From a virus: 64,000 nucleotides of DNA. Location: positions 1-64,000 of the IMG/VR virus record IMGVR_UViG_3300045125_000031; one strand, given 5' to 3'. Positions 22,344-36,200 of the stretch are shown here, piece by piece. Positions within the stretch are counted from its first letter, which is position 1, and every line of letters begins with the position of its first letter. Position numbers and translations under genes: made by a program. The notes under the pieces are model-generated. The model saw only the letters and a list, made by a program, of their open reading frames with translations. It did not search any database and had not been told where the DNA came from.

Positions 22344-25300
22344 TACCTTACCTCACTTAAAGTATACTGTCATGTCTGGACCTTCTGGCCCTTTACTATA
22401 TTCAATATAATATACAACATATCTGTCGTTTGCAATTTTTGAATATTGTCTTTTGTGTATTTAACAGAAACAATATCCCCTAACTGAATTGTAGAGTTAG
22501 CAAAAATCTTAACACCAACAGATTTTCTTGGTTTTATTATTTTTGATAACAACCATTTCATTAAACTATTTGCTTGATCTTGAGTTTGAATATATGCAGT
22601 TTGAATAGAAAAATCTTTTTTACCATAAGTCATTCTGCTTAACTTAATATCCTCATACTCTTTATTTAATTTTAAAAGGAGACACAACAACATTAGATCC
22701 TGTACTATAATTGGATCAGACAAAGAACTATTTTTAGAATAATATTCGTCTACAGTTAACTCTCCATTAGATTCTTGAGTAAAGGTTACTCCCTTGAATT
22801 CTCAAATAGTTTCCAGTTGTTTCATCTAAACTTAATCGCAGTGTCAGTTGCATTAAAGATCATAAATTCGCACCATAGGATCCTGCCCTAAATCCAGACA
22901 CAGCATAGCCTTTTATCTTATTAAACGTTGGAGATATTTTTGCAGTAAAGTGCAGGATAGGCTTTATCATATTTAATATTAAATATGTGCAGCTTCTCTC
23001 ATGATAGTTCCAAACTCTTCAAAATAAATGCTGTACTTATTAGGTGTCTGAACTGCTAATTCCAGATAAATACGTTCCTTGAATCAATACCGCTCATAGC
23101 ATACTTTCTAAATGATTCATGTAGCATTATATCTCATCATCAAAAATGCTGATGTAACTGGTGTGTCCAAAGCAAACACTGCATTTTGTGCTATAGTTAT
23201 TTGACAGTGCATATATATTTTCAAACATTACTCTTGACGAACCTCTTGAACAAAAAGTGCCATGTTATTATATACTGGTAGTGGGTCTTGTATCTACAAC
23301 TGTTGTTAACAATGACCCATTCAATATATAAATGAAAACCTTCTTGCATTCTCCTAATAGCCTCGATACTCAACTGCCAATATCATAAACTGTTACATTT
23401 TGCTTCAGCAAGCCATTCTGTATTGACCAGTAAACTTACCATCATCTACAATAATATTTCACTAAGCCCTCCCAAAGTTTTACTGGTATTGCATCAGAAG
23501 AAGCATGAGTCTGTTTTTAATTTTATAAAAATATAACATTGTGCACATTTTGTCTTTCAAGAGTTGATATATTAGAACTTCCAAGGGCACTCAACTTCTA
23601 AATAATATCCATTATTTGTTTCTGGATTTACCATTATGGCAAGACCTCCACCACCTCCAGAAATAGTTATGTCTCTATCTGGAGTTAGGCCTGGTACAGT
23701 ATAATAGTTTGTACTGCCGTTTGCTGTTTGCCCACGCTGCATTGTTCTCTATCTTTCCTACAATTCTCATTCTGGTTCCAAAATGTTTAAATTTACTGCT
23801 AAGTGGTTTATATACATATGAAACAAAATCTCTTGGCTTACCTGTTACTGGTATCGATGGTCCTTGCATAACAAAAGCAGAAGATTGAATAGTTCCAGAT
23901 TGATTGGGGTTGTAAAAGTATTTACGTCTGATTCAGAATTAAAAGTAGCAGACATAAAATTTTTATAATTCCATTTCTTGTTGTTTTTTTAGCAAGTTCA
24001 TTATTAATTCCAGCAGCACCCTCACAGTATTTGGTACTTGAGTATTGTCTTCAAATAAATACTTTGACTGCATAGTAGCATCCTCTAATATTTGCGTCAT
24101 CTCTCCAATAAGAGTTCAATCCTGCATAGTGTTCTACAATAGAAGTTCCAAACTGCCCTCTGCCATGTTTTGCAACCGCTCCATTTTTTAATTTTAATTA
24201 CTCCATTGACCTCTTCATAATTAGGTTCAGTGTATATTCTTACAAGCCCAGTTGGGTACATCTTTCCGTTAAACGGTAACTGTGAAAAATAATATTCATA
24301 TTCTCTGGGCGCTGCTAATCCAAACGTTGCCAAAATTAGCAACATTAAATTGTGCAGCATCATATTTAATTATTTCACCATTTGAATAAAAGTATCCATT
24401 ATATCTTGCTATCCAATAAATTCCTTCACCAAAGTCTATAATGTTATTTGTTAATTCTCTATTTACAACTGTAGGTATTTGATTTGATAAATTAGAGTTA
24501 AGTGGTATAGCGCTTAAGAGATATGAAGATTGCATACCTGTTTCATTATTAACAGATTTAGTGTTTTCTGTTCCAGCAACCTCCCATAAAAGGACTGGTT
24601 TATAAATCCAATTTCTATCCATGTCAATAAGGCTTGCCTGTTTAATAGTTCCTACAGATCTTTGAATATATTTTTCAGAATAATTAATTTTGCCATCATT
24701 AAATACTTGGTTTTCTTCTGATGCAATTTCAATAATATTTGGAAGAATATTTAAATTTGAATCAGGTTCGTTTCCAGATAAATAAATATCTATAGGTCTT
24801 TGATCTGCTGTTGGCATTATATAGTCTTTGCTCATCATAACAAAATTATTATACTCATCAAAGAACATTGCTGATTGAGACGAGATTGCCAATTGCTCTA
24901 AAACTTCTGCAACACTAACGTCTGGCTCTACATAAAAATATGGAATTATTAACTCTGTTTCATTTGCTACTCTTTTAAAAGTATAGTTAGCAAATCCAAC
25001 AGAATCTAATAAAAATGCTACCGCAGAACTAAGTGATACATTTGTCATTAAAATTTGTGGGGCTGTTAAACTTTCAAAATAAAAAAACAAATCTCGTAAC
25101 TCTAACTCTACTGTTTGATCTGACTTATTGCTTTTTGGGAATCCATCTGAATATAATGTTTTGACTGGAATATAATAATCCCATCCATCTACATTAAAAA
25201 CAACATCATAAAACTTAATCTGTATATGTCTATTAATATAATTTTTAATTATACTTTGTGTATTGTTTTCATTAAAAGCATCATCGTAATCAAATATAGA

Positions 25301-26625
25301 AAGAGATCCAGTTGATGCGAGAAGTTGTCCAACTGGCATTCCACTAACACCTAAATCTGAGGCACTCTTTTTTACAGAAAAATCTAAAGTCTTGTCTGAT
25401 ATATCTGCTGTTAATCTAGGAGACATTTCAATAAGATCAAAAGTACAGTTTGATTTGTTCATTGTATCAACGACAACTCTAAGTCCTTTAATATTATCAA
25501 ACTCTCTATAAACCTCAGCGCCACCAGCGTTTATATATTTTGTAGGGTTTGTCATATCTGTTACAAAGTTTGTTAGTCTATCTACTTCTGACTCTTCTAA
25601 ATACCACCCATATTGTGGTGTAAAACCTTGTAGTCATTAATTTCATCTATCCAAATATGAAATTCACCTATGTCATTTTCATTAGTACAAACTAAATAGG
25701 CATAACCATTGACAGACTTTTCTGGAAGTAATGTAATAGAACTATATTTTTCTGCATATACAAATATATCCCTGTACGGCTGTGGAACCTTTAACCCATA
25801 AGCCAACTCAACATAACCGTCACTTTTTATAATAGGGGTTCCATCTTTTCTAACAGATGATTGGTTAAAGGATAATAAATCAACCCATGAATTATTTTTT
25901 AAAGCCTGGACCTTCCATCTAACTGGAGTTGCCCTCTTTGAGTCTCCGTAGAACGGATCAGATATTGATGATGATGCAGAAGTAAAAGTTCCAAGGTCTA
26001 CACTGCCAACGTGTGTTTGCATTTTAACAACAACTCTATTTGCAGATACAGTATCTTTATACACAATAAATGGCGCTGTATCCTCAATAGCAAACTCTCC
26101 ATTTTTAGAAAGTGATATGCCATACTCTATATCCATCCTCAGTTCTAAACGATGTCCAGTATTTAAAGAATCTTTAACATCTGGCATGTAATATCTAGGA
26201 CGGCTTGCCATATTGATGTTAGGAGTGATGTAAATAATTTCCTGGTAAATATACTGCTTTATTAATTCCTGATCTTGGTCTAAATTGCTTAAAGCAATCT
26301 TCTAATGAATAAATCATTTTTAATTTTTCTTTATTGGCCTTCAGAGTTACTGGAACACCATCATCTGTATAGCCTCCATCAATAATTACATCTGCATCTG
26401 TTGCACCATAGTAAAATGGTATAGATGTTTCTTTAGTCTCTGATGGGTCAAAGTTGCTTGGAATAATTTTATATACTGAGTCTTGTCTAGTTGGTCTATA
26501 TCTATAGTTACCAATCTTTAAAATGTTGGTTGGAGAGTTCAAATTCCATTCAGCAATGACAGCGCTTTTAGTTTTAACTACAGAAGATGTCTCTAAATGT
26601 TTTTTAAATCTTCATTATAAAACAT
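22343..26625 (-). CDS. Large minor tail protein (Tal/hub-like, ~1,400 aa, fragmented)
   Basis: ORFs 26219..26542, 25597..26211, 24296..25555, 24097..24363, 23675..23869 and 22370..22723 tile one gene directly after the Dit-like gene; C-terminal IQLGDIVSV hub-type motif. Confidence 0.7.
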
Positions 26626-27278
26626 TATGCCTCTTCCAAGCCTATGGATATATTCCAAAAATCAAACTTAGGTCCTCTTCTATTTACTGTATAAGAAAAG
26701 TCAGTAAAGAAAACTTCTACTAGTTCGTTATACTGTGGAAGGTGTGCATAAGCAGAATCATCTTTCCCAAATACAGAATACTTATCGTATGATAGATAAC
26801 ACCAAAAAGATCCTTGATGATTTTCATACCAATCTAGTAATTCTACTCCTCCAGCACCTCCATCGGTTGTATACTGTGCATCTGGAGAATTGGGTAATCC
26901 AGATTGTCCAGTCATTTCTGATTGTCCATTAGAATCAAAATCTGGACTCAAGGCAAAAGATCTTGAAGGCAAATTAGTATAACTAAGGCTTATTGTTCTT
27001 TTATCTGCTACATGATAAGATCTCATTCTTCCATTTATCATACGTTCACGATTTTCAATTCTTATTTTTCCAAAATCTATTGGAGATCTATTATCATCTG
27101 ATAAAATTAAAAATTGATCAATGTTATTTGGATCTACTTCAGATCCTGGGTTAGAATTAATTTCAAGACCATTGGGTATATACAAACCATTTTCTAGTTT
27201 GCCAGAATTTTCAGACCACAACATAGCCTGTGGTCTACCATATTTTTTACGACCATTCATATATGTGTTAGTTGCCAT
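26625..27278 (-). CDS. Distal tail (Dit)-like protein
   Basis: Intact 217-aa ORF directly after the TMP; RERMINGRMRSY...FWNISIGLEEA. Confidence 0.65.
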   Translation of the reverse strand: MATNTYMNGRKKYGRPQAMLWSENSGKLENGLYIPNGLEINSNPGSEVDPNNIDQFLILSDDNRSPIDFGKIRIENRERMINGRMRSYHVADKRTISLSYTNLPSRSFALSPDFDSNGQSEMTGQSGLPNSPDAQYTTDGGAGGVELLDWYENHQGSFWCYLSYDKYSVFGKDDSAYAHLPQYNELVEVFFTDFSYTVNRRGPKFDFWNISIGLEEA

Positions 27279-30200
27279 TATATCCTAACGCTCCTTAACT
27301 TCTGAGAATTTACTCTCTTTATGTTTGTCATTACAGCCTGTGCGATTTCTTCTGGATTTGCATCAGACTTAACATTTACATTAATACTATAATTATACAC
27401 TGAGTCACCAACTGACTCTCCACTATTAATAGCCTTCATCTTATCCACACCGAACGATTCAACAGCATATCTACTCATTACAAATTCTCCAGGAGTTAAC
27501 ATTGATGGAATAACATCTGTTCCTATTATTGGGCCACCCTTAGCAAATCTTTGTATTAGGCCACCAGCATAGTTATTCTTTCCCCAGTTAGCAAATGAAT
27601 TGGCTGCTGAAGCATTACCGCCAAACTTCTTAAGGTCTGCTGCTCTCTTTGCTGCTGCTGCCTTGTCTGCTGCTGCTTTCTGTGCTGCCTCTGCTTTTTT
27701 CTTTGCTGCTTCAGGTCCATCATATTTTTTAGCAAGTGCAGCAGCATTTGCCATTCTATTAAGATCTGCAAGATGTTGTCCAGCAACAGATCCAGCATTT
27801 TCTGTTGCTTTCTTTTCTGCAATTTTTTGTGCAAACAGTGCAGAGTTTTCTGCAATATTAGATGATATATTTGCTTCTAAACTCTTGACATGTGCTTGTG
27901 CTGTTGGATCAGTAATACTCTTGTATGTAGATTTATATGGTGTTGGTATTGTTGCTGGATTAACTCCTGACACAGTTGTCTTACCAGTAGAACCAGTATT
28001 GCTTCCACTAGAATTGCCATTTCCAGTATTGCCATTTCCAGTATTGCCATTTCCAGTATTGCCGTTTCCAGTATCTCCTGTATCGCCTGTGTCTCCTGTG
28101 TCGCCTGTATCTCCATCAGGATTTCCACTAGTCACATACTTAACTGTAATTGTTACAGTCTTATCTTTAATAGAATCATAAAGATCCTTAATTCTCTTCC
28201 AGATCTCTTCTGCTGTACCGCTTTGACCATTGAAAGCATCTAATGCATCTTTTAATTCTTTTCTAAGTTTTTCATCCATAAGGGTCATTTGGGTTAACAT
28301 CTCTTCCCATTGATCTCTTGTCTGTCCTGCAACTATTCTATTTCTGTCATTTGCAGCAATAATGTTTCCAAGAACCACTAACTGATATTCTAAAGCAAGA
28401 TTCTTTGTTGTCTCTAGATTAATTGCATTTTGTAAAGGAAGAATCTTTTCTTGTTCAATTTTATAAATTCTTTCTTCATGTGCTCTAATAGCAAGTAGTT
28501 TAACTTCTCTTGCTTCTTCTATTGCATATATTGCATCCTTAGTTTCCTGTATACTCTTTTGAAGAGCAAGTCTTGCTGGATCATTTTCAAGTGCATATAT
28601 CTGTTGTGATATTTCCCAACGTCTTTCTTCAATTTGATCTCGTGTTAATCCATTAGCATTTGTTAATCCATTAATTTCATTTTCTCTTGATTGCTGTAAT
28701 GCATCGCTTTGGCTAGTAGCAAAATCTGCTGCGTTGCCAGCCCTCATTGCCTGAGCAGCACGGGCAGCAGCAGAAATATCTCCTTGAGTTAAGGCATCGG
28801 CCAAATCAAGTTGCTGTTCTTGTTGACGAATAATAGATTCATTAACCTTTTGGACCTCTGCTAATGCCTCTGCCTGCTTGTCATACTTATCATTAATCTT
28901 TCCTGCTTGGTAATCCATAACTTCTAGGTCATGAGAAAGGACATTAGATTCATCCTGAAGCGTCTTGATAGGACGCTCATACTTCATTTCTATTTCTCTT
29001 TCCCAGTCGTCAATCTTTTCCTTAAGATCTTCTAGTACATACTTTAATTTACCAGTGACCTTCTGTCCGTCTATAGTAAGATTTAAATCCTTAACATCCA
29101 TATTTTCAATATCAGATTCAATCTTTGCAATCTCGTCACGAATCATAGAAATTTGATGTTCATAAATTGCAAGTTCAGCATTCATTGCTGACAATGCTTC
29201 GTCGCTTTCTGTCTTTGTTCTGCTCAACTGCTTAAATGTTTTTCCACCAAGTTCTGGTGTTACTGAATTTTTGGAGCCTTTAACGTATACTCATCCATAG
29301 TCTTATAGGCATCAAAAATCTTCATTGCTGCATCGTAAGCCTTTTGGAACTTTTCAAGAGGTGTTAATAGATTTTTTCAAGATCCTTTGATGCTTCAGAA
29401 CTAGCAATAAGATCAAATAGTTGCTTCATGCCATCTTTAGCGTCTATCGTTCCAGCCTTAATAGCATCCATTACTGCAACCATTGCAATTAAATCTTCTG
29501 GGTCCTGTATAGCATCATATATGGACGTAATAGAAAGTGCAACTTCCTTGCCTTCTGCATCTAATGTTTTAAAGGCAGATAAGAAGTTGATTAGTTCTGG
29601 GGCTTTATTTAAAGCATCAATTCTTGTTTGATTAGTTTTTGTTTTATCAACTAACCCATTTATTTGTTCTCTTAATACAGCCTGCTTAGTTAAAGCATTG
29701 TTTGTCTTTAATTCTTGTGCAGTTATTTGTCCAGTTGCTATGGCTGTAACATATGCTTGATTTTCCATAGCCTTTTCTATTTCTAAATTAGATAGGCCAG
29801 CAGCCTTTAATTTAACATATGCCTTATTTTGTTCGTCTATATTTTTTGAGTACATTCTGTTGTTCTATCTGGAATTCTCCTACAACGGCCTTGTCCATTC
29901 CTTGACGCATTGCGTTTCCTTGATCAGTTAATACAAAATCTCCCTTTTTGTATTTCTGAGTTCTGGTTTTCATCTTTCCAGTTTTATAATCATACTCTTT
30001 ATACTTCTTAGTTCCAGCCTTTGTAGCGGTACTTCCAAATTGCTTTTGTTCTTCTGGATCCATCTGTGTTATAAAATCAATAAAGTCTTGGCTATAACCC
30101 TTCTTCATTAATTGCTGCTCTACACCAACAAACTTATTTGCGACAGACTTGCTGCCTGCTGCCTCCATTGCCTTTTGTAATTCTTTAAAGCCACCAGCAG

Positions 30201-33200
30201 CATTTAAAGCAGCATTTCTAACATTCTTAAGACGCTTCATTACGTCTGCAAATGGATCTGCCTTGCTTCCACCCTTATCTTTAGGAGTAAGATTTCCAGC
30301 CTTAGCGCTTGCAATGTCTTGATTTACTGCCTGCATTGTTCTTTGTCCAGCAAGGTCTCGTCTTACTGCTTCTTTGCCAGCCTCTGTGGCGTAGTAATCT
30401 GCTACAGTACCTGCACCACCAGCAGCCTTTACTCTTCTTGCAACTTCAGCATTTACGTCACCATCTGTAATTGTCTTATAAACAGTAACATACTCTTGCA
30501 ATATTGTTTTTTTAGTTTCATCTGGAAGGTTTGCCCATTGATCCCATAAAGGAAGAAGACCTTCTAAGTTAACCCCTCCAATTTCTTTCATTTCCATTAA
30601 TGCTGTTTTTGTTATTGGGGTATCTATTTTTTCTATTTCTTCCAATGCCTTTTGTAAATCCGTAAGATTTGCTAGTGCATTTTCTGAAGAAAAGAATGCC
30701 TGAATATTAACTTCCTTGCCAGCCATCTTTTGAACCAATGCTATTGCAGAGGCAGTCTTTTCAAACTCTTGTGGATTCTTTTTTAAAACATCTACAAGAA
30801 TTTTTTTGGCTACTTCATCTTCTACTCCGCCGAGACTATTGATTAATTGTGTTACTGCTCCTGGATCGTGTTTTGTTAGTGCTAAATTTAAATTTTTTTC
30901 TAATCCCTCTTCATCACTACCAAATATTTCTATAAGTCTTTGACCAGATTCAACATTAAGGTCTCCTGATGCAACGACTGTTTTAATCTTTACTTCAAGT
31001 TCTTCTGATTTTAAGTCTTTTGCTTTATCAAGGAATGTTTTTGCAAATGGGTTTCCTTCATATTTAGTGGTTACTTGAGAGTTTAATGAATTTAAAAATG
31101 CGTCTTTAGTTTGATCATTTTTAGATGCAGTTCTAAATGATTTAATTTGATCATTTAAAATCGCTCTATTCTTTTTTCTTAATGCATCAAGTCCTGATTG
31201 TTTACGACCTTCAAGATTTAATATTTCATCATCGATCTTTTTTTGTTTTGCTTTATCTGTAGTTGATGCTTTTTGCGCTTGTAATTTTTTGATTTCAGTA
31301 TCATATTGTTTTGATAAAGAATCTTGTTGCGCTAAGTTTAGTTCTAGACTATTGGCATTAAGTGCTGCTACCTGTGCTGCTGTCTTTTCTTCATCAGTTT
31401 CAGTAAGGAAAGGCTTAAATGTTTCGTCCCACGCTTTTTTAGGATTAAACAATCTTTTATATCTTTCAATAATAGACTCTTCAGTACTTGGCAAATTTTT
31501 ATCTATTTCTTTTGATAGATTTCTACTTGCAGTAGTAGATAAGGATCGTTGTTCTGCAACTAAATTCATTCTAACATTTAGTGGATCTTTAGTTAAGTCT
31601 TGTCCTTCTGGACCTATTAGATCTAATAGTTGTCCGCTAATTTGTGAGATCAATGTTGTGTTATTTAATTCAATACCGATTTGTGAAGCAACGCTATGTG
31701 CTTGTTCAGCAGTCATAACTCCATCTGAAACATAGGCTGCTAATTGAACTGATATTGCTTTAACGGCATCCATTCCGCCAGCAGTCATGTTTTGTTTAAA
31801 TGATTCAAATATTGACTTACCAACTTCGCTTTCTATAAATGTTTCACCAAACTGTTGCTTACCTCTTTCAAAACCAGTAGTATATCTATCTGCAGCACCA
31901 GCCTGTCTCTTTCTTGCATAAATTTCACTAGCACCTACAGTATTAGTTAACTGTCCTACCTGTGACATCTTTTCTGTAGTTGCTGTAATTGAGTCAACAT
32001 ACTTAGACTGTGATTGTGCTGCTTTCTTTTGCTGCCTGGTCAGTTATTACAAATGCTGCAGCAGCAGCAGTTAAACCAGTAACAGCCCAACCAAGAGGAC
32101 CCATTCCAGCAAGCATAGGGGCCATTCCAGCAACTGCAGATGCACCCATTGCAACCATACCCGCAGTTTGCTGTCCAGCCATCATTAAGCCCATGCCAGC
32201 AGTTCCAAGAGCCATAGAGGCTCCGCCAGAAAAATCTATTTACTTTTCTTGACGAACCATCTTGCGCTGGTTTCTTTGTTCTTTTGTGTTTGTTTAAGAT
32301 TTTTTAAATTTCTCTTTTGATCTTCTTTTACTGCATCATCATAATATCTTGCTTGTGCAGCATTAAGTTGTGCTCTACGCTCAGACTCTAAAAATCTTTT
32401 TCTTGCAGTTTCAGTTTGTCGTTTTTGAATTCCTGCTTGTTCTTTTTGTCTTGCTGCCTCAGTTCTTGCTACTTTTTCTGCTGCTGCAACTTGAGTTTCT
32501 TTAATTCTTAATTCACTCTTTGCAAGTTTTCTTAATGCCTTGTCAATTTCTGATTGACTATACCCCTTCTTACGTAAGTCTGATGCAATCTCACCTTGAC
32601 GTACTGTAGGATTAGTAATCCCTCTACCACCTAAAGTTTTATCTCCGTCCTCAAAACCAGGAAGCATCCTAAGCCTTCCAGCCTGTGATGCAGTTGCAAT
32701 TGACTGACCCTGTCTTCTTCTAACAACTACATTGTCAGAGGTACGCTTACCTCTTTCATTTACGCCAACTGTTCCCTTTGGCATAGGAGAACTGTTACTG
32801 CTATTAATCTTTTCTTTAGCCGTCAAGTCTCTATTAACAATACTCTCACCTCTTTTTGCAGCAACAAGTACTTCATCTGCTGACTGGGCAGCAAGATTTA
32901 TTAGTTTGCCTGGCTGGAATTGAGGATCTGATAATAAGGTAAGTAGCATTTTTGGTGTTCTTAAATCTGCTGGTAAGAACTTACCTGCTACCTTCCCACC
33001 ATTTGCTTGATAGTCTATAACACGTTGATCTAGTTGTGCTGCTTTTGCAAGCAACATTCTTTCTTGTGGATTTTTTGGATGGCTTCCTCTTGCCATAAAT
33101 TCTGCTGCTTTTCTATATTCTCTGTTTTCTGTTTCTGATAAACCAAGTACATTATCTTTATTAAAGATATCGAAGTATGTTTAATCCTCTTCTCTTTGCA

Positions 33201-36200
33201 TTCATGTAGTTGTTTAAAATTCTAGCGTCATATAATGCTTCGCCAGTTTTCATCTTTATTGCGCCTTGGCGACCTGTGACTTCTTGTTTTATATGTGAAA
33301 GATTTTCTTTTAATAAATCTCTAACTTCATCTGGAGTATATCCAGCAGCCAACATGGCTCTTCCTGTTTTGGTTGTAAGAGGATTACCAATTCTTGCATT
33401 ATATTCTTGAATTTCTTTTGTGGCAAATGGCTTTACGATATTTGATATATTTGCTTTTCCGCCACCAGCCTGCTTGCCAGTTGATCTTAATGCTGTTACA
33501 AAAGGTTCAATGCTTGCAAACCTTCCCTGGAATTTTCCTCCAGAAACAAGTCTTCCCTTATCGTTTGGAATAACACCCATTCGATACAACATCATGTCTG
33601 TAACTTGTCTTGCTGATCTAGAATATTTTGCTCTTCCATCTGGGTCTGCTAAAAATGCATCTAGGTCTTGCTTATGAATATATCTTACTTCACCATTTAC
33701 CATGACTGGATGCATCTTGCTAAGTTCATTCATAAATTGTGTTTGTCTTGGAGAGGTGAAAGATTGCTCTCTGCCCAGATGGTGGTACTGCTGCTACACC
33801 ACCCTTCCACGCTGCATCGATAACTGCTCTTCTTTGAGGATCAACTTTGCTTAGTTCTTTTATAAACTCATTATTTGCAGTTCTCTTTAGTTCTTCTATT
33901 AAAGTTTTTTCTTGTGTTCCTGGTGGAAGAAGATGCTTTTAAGTTGATCTTCTGCAATTGAACTTGTTGCTTTTGGATCTATGCCATCAATTGCTTTTAT
34001 AACTCCATTGCCTGCACGAGCATGAACAGATTGAAGTGCTTGACCAATCTGTCTTTGCGCCATCCTTAAGTCTCTTAAGCATGTCGTTATAAACAACTTG
34101 CTCATCTGGTGCCAAATCCCAAGACTTAAGCACTCTTTCTAATCTTGGAATAGATTTATTTATTTCTGCTTTTATAGCAGCATCATATTGTGCTGGTGTC
34201 ATGTTTGCAGCAAGACCTGATGTTTCTTGTGCAAAGAACTTTTTGCACCACCCTTTACACCAAGTAAGTTGACAACGCTTGCTGCTCCATGCTTGGCAAT
34301 CCCTTAGAGAAATCTCTAAAACCAGACGCTCTATCAAATACTCCAGCAGTTCCAACATCTGCTAAAACATTACCAGAAAGATTTGCCTTTTGTAAATCTT
34401 TATCGCCTCTTAGTGTTGATGCAACAAGTTGCTTTATCATGTCAGATTGAGAGAACTTGCCATCCATTGCTGCTATTCTTGGATCATATGGAGACTCAAT
34501 AACAATAAACTTTCTTTGACCTGAAGGATCTGTTGGGTCAATCATAGTCTTAATGCTTTGTTTTGGAGATATCAAGCCATGCACTTCTCTGGCAATCTGT
34601 GTAGCACGAACTTCTGCTAATGCTGTCTTCTCATCTATTGTTGGTTTTACTACTACAATCTTGCCATTAGGCTTTCTATATACCCCGCCAACTCCTCTGA
34701 CAGGGAAACTTCTTCCAGAGAATGGCTGAAGTAATGTACCAAAATCAGTAGGAGGAACATTTCCAATATTTTCCAGTGCTTAGCATACTTTTGCTAATCT
34801 TCTCAACTATTTCTCTAGACTGTGATGCCTCTTTAGCAGACTTAGGCATACCAACAAAGTAGCACCTGACTGTCTATCAGGATGTGGTTCATTGTATCCT
34901 TGACGAGCATCATCTCTTCTTCTGTTTCTTGCCTGTTGCGCTTTTCTAACTGCTTCTGGTCCATGAAGAAAGAGGCAAACCCCTACCTGGTCCACCTGGA
35001 AGCCTTCCAGCCATAAATCCTGGTACCTTGTCCTGGAACATGGCAGTAATCAAACCTCTATACTTATCTGTAGTTTCTGTAGGTATAACTGCTTCTCCTG
35101 GAGAAAGCATTGCTGGAACAACGTCTCCCTGCACCCTTTGGTCCTGGAACACTAAGAATTCCATCAGCATATTTTCTTGCTGGTGGTAACTTGGCTACTG
35201 CACGTTTTGCTCCGCCAACACCTCCAGTAAACAATGCTGGGTTTTGTGCTGCCATAGATCTCATTTGAGAACTTAATGAGGAATACGCTGATGCTAACTG
35301 CATTTGCTGCTGCTTTTTCAATATTAAATATCTCAGTTAATCTAGTATGAGTATTGTGTAATGCTTGTCCTGCTGCTTGCTGCTCTAATTGTTCTTAATG
35401 TTACATAATTAAATCCTGCACCTAAAACATTTGTTTGACCATTTAACTTTGCAATTCCGCCTCTTAATTGTTGCAAAAAGTTTAATTAGGTTTGCTAAAC
35501 CATTGGCTAAAAGACCGAATGTCATAAGAACAACTGGTCCTATACCAGCAACAACTCCAACTATGGTGGTTATTACTTTTTTAGTTTGATCACTAAGCCC
35601 ATTAAACTTTTCAAAATAAACTTCCAAAGAACTTTACTATTGGAGTTACTGCTTCAAGAAATGCCTTGCCAAGTGGCATAATATCTTGCTTAAATTGTTC
35701 TAAAGCAGCCTGGAACTTAACACCAACAGACTCTTCTATCTTCTTCATTTCTCGTTCAGATAGAATTGCTAACTCTTCAACAGATGCTCCAGTTAACTGA
35801 AATGCTCTTGCAGCCTGTGTTCCATCCTTAGATAACGTTCTGGAATAATGTAGATAAACGAGCAAACTGGAATTTACCAAACAATTGCTCAATTGCACGA
35901 GCACGATTAAGTGGATCTAGTGTCATCTAATGCTCTGAGCAAAGCCTACAACAGTTCCTTTAATATCTCCCTTATTTGCTTCAACAATTCCTTTAATATT
36001 AATACCCATATTCATCAAGCAACTTTGCTGCTTTTTTAGCTAGGATTAATTAATGAAGCAAGACCAGACTTAAGTGCGTTAGCACCTTCTGATGCATTGA
36101 TTCCACCTTCTTTCATTGCAGTCAAGAAGAATGCAAGATCTTCTACATCTCCACCAAGTTGTTTAATAACTGGTGCAGCCTTTGGAATTGCAATTGTTAA

